This document shows positions 63,421 to 64,000 of a DNA stretch of 64,000 nt, piece by piece. Positions within the stretch are counted from its first letter, which is position 1. Each line of letters opens with the position of its first letter. The position numbers were made by a program, and so were the translations under genes. The notes beneath the pieces are model-generated. The model saw only the letters and a program-made list of their open reading frames with translations, did not search any database and was not told the DNA's origin. The stretch comes from Ignavibacteriales bacterium (lineage in GTDB: Bacteria > Bacteroidota > Ignavibacteria > UBA10030 > SZUA-254), in NCBI GenBank assembly GCA_016214905.1, contig JACRMQ010000007.1:631695-695694 (forward strand), in the 5' to 3' direction.

Positions 63421-64000
63421 TGATAAACGGTGCCGAAGAAATAATCGGTGGTGTTCCGGGGCAACATCTTGATCCGATGCTTCTTGCGCAATCTCAAACC
63501 AAAGAGTCTATCGGTTTCATTATGATTTCATATTCTCTGGATCAGGATTCCGTGCAGAATCGAAAATTCTATGATCTTCTTTTTCTTAAAGGACCAACAA
63601 TTTACGAGTGTGCGCGTCTCAATCAGGATCTACGATTCAAGCTAAACATCGATACTGCACTTCAAACATTTAAAGAGAAACGTGAAGGAAATAATACTCA
63701 AGTCTATTTGTATCGTGCACCGGAAGAAATAATTCACCGCTTTCGCTCAACATTTTATTACGAACCCTGTCTGAAGGTGCATATCGAAGCGCTAACAAAA
63801 AAACAGATTATCGGCTTGTTAAAAACTAGTCGCTGTCAGCAAGGAATCATTGAATGTAACGAGTTCACACGGCCTAAACCCGATATTCATCTCGTAGAAA
63901 TACATTCATCGGATGAGTTATTAAATTTTCAGCCAACACTCAAACATGGCAGATTGTTGCTATATGATATTGAGAAGAATAAGGAAATTATTCGAGAGCG
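63421..64000 (+). CDS. 5' part of a gene running off the window (product unknown)
   Basis: ATG 63421, then 193 codons without a stop to the window end (MINGAEEIIGGVPGQHLDPMLLAQSQ...). Not in the ORF track because it is incomplete. Confidence 0.45.

Noticed and set aside
1-64000. CRISPR arrays, or reverse transcriptase/retron/DGR components that could explain the structured repeats and the A-related bias.
   Set aside because: There are no regularly spaced direct repeats with unique spacers. No ORF carries a YxDD reverse-transcriptase motif. No template/variable repeat pair was seen.

Overview
64 kb window, roughly 40% GC by eye. Every credible gene lies on the + strand. T9SS C-terminal sorting domains and lipoprotein-rich content suggest an FCB-group genome (Ignavibacteriota/Bacteroidota-like); that assignment is inference only. 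No rRNA, tRNA or CRISPR array was found.

Layout:
1. 198-2397: a two-subunit heme-copper-oxidase-family enzyme with a degenerate CuA site and a His->Asp change at the CuB site.
2. 3.5-21.2 kb: a defence island.
   - AbiEi/AbiEii pair.
   - Type I R-M operon (hsdR, hsdM, hsdS) with a translationally coupled ParB/DGQHR-like plus HEPN gene pair nested between hsdR and hsdM.
   - A membrane-anchored HNH.
   - A three-gene cassette: XRE-ImmA regulator, PIN protein, and a 2067-aa HNH-TPR giant. The cassette is bracketed by 38-nt direct repeats.
3. 21.2-25.2 kb: long structured non-coding DNA. It includes two copies of a ~177-nt element that shows a compensatory base-pair change, around a phage-replication-like module (sigma-like factor, protein with an SSB-type DDLPF tail, Gp157-like protein).
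4. 25.38-26.13 kb: a ~750-nt tract almost devoid of adenine on the + strand (5 A in 600 nt by hand count). It is therefore stop-free in all six frames.
5. 28-57.6 kb: a metal-resistance island.
   - Two CzcCBA-type RND systems.
   - HMBD, DUF302 and cupredoxin accessory genes, and a P-II protein.
   - An SPC-motif P1B ATPase.
   - ECF sigma/anti-sigma pair, CpxP-like and SHOCT proteins.
   - ArsR-ArsM, a DsbD-like protein, the hgcAB mercury-methylation pair, a P-II pseudogene scar and a CDF transporter.
6. 58-64 kb: a degenerate bEBP-like regulator, an integrase-like gene behind triple direct repeats, and secreted/T9SS proteins.

Best candidates for something new:
- the A-free tract;
- the repeat-bracketed ImmA-PIN-giant HNH/TPR cassette;
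- the ParB-like/HEPN pair inside the type I R-M operon;
- the covarying structured repeat.

All functional calls come from motifs read by eye. No database search was run.
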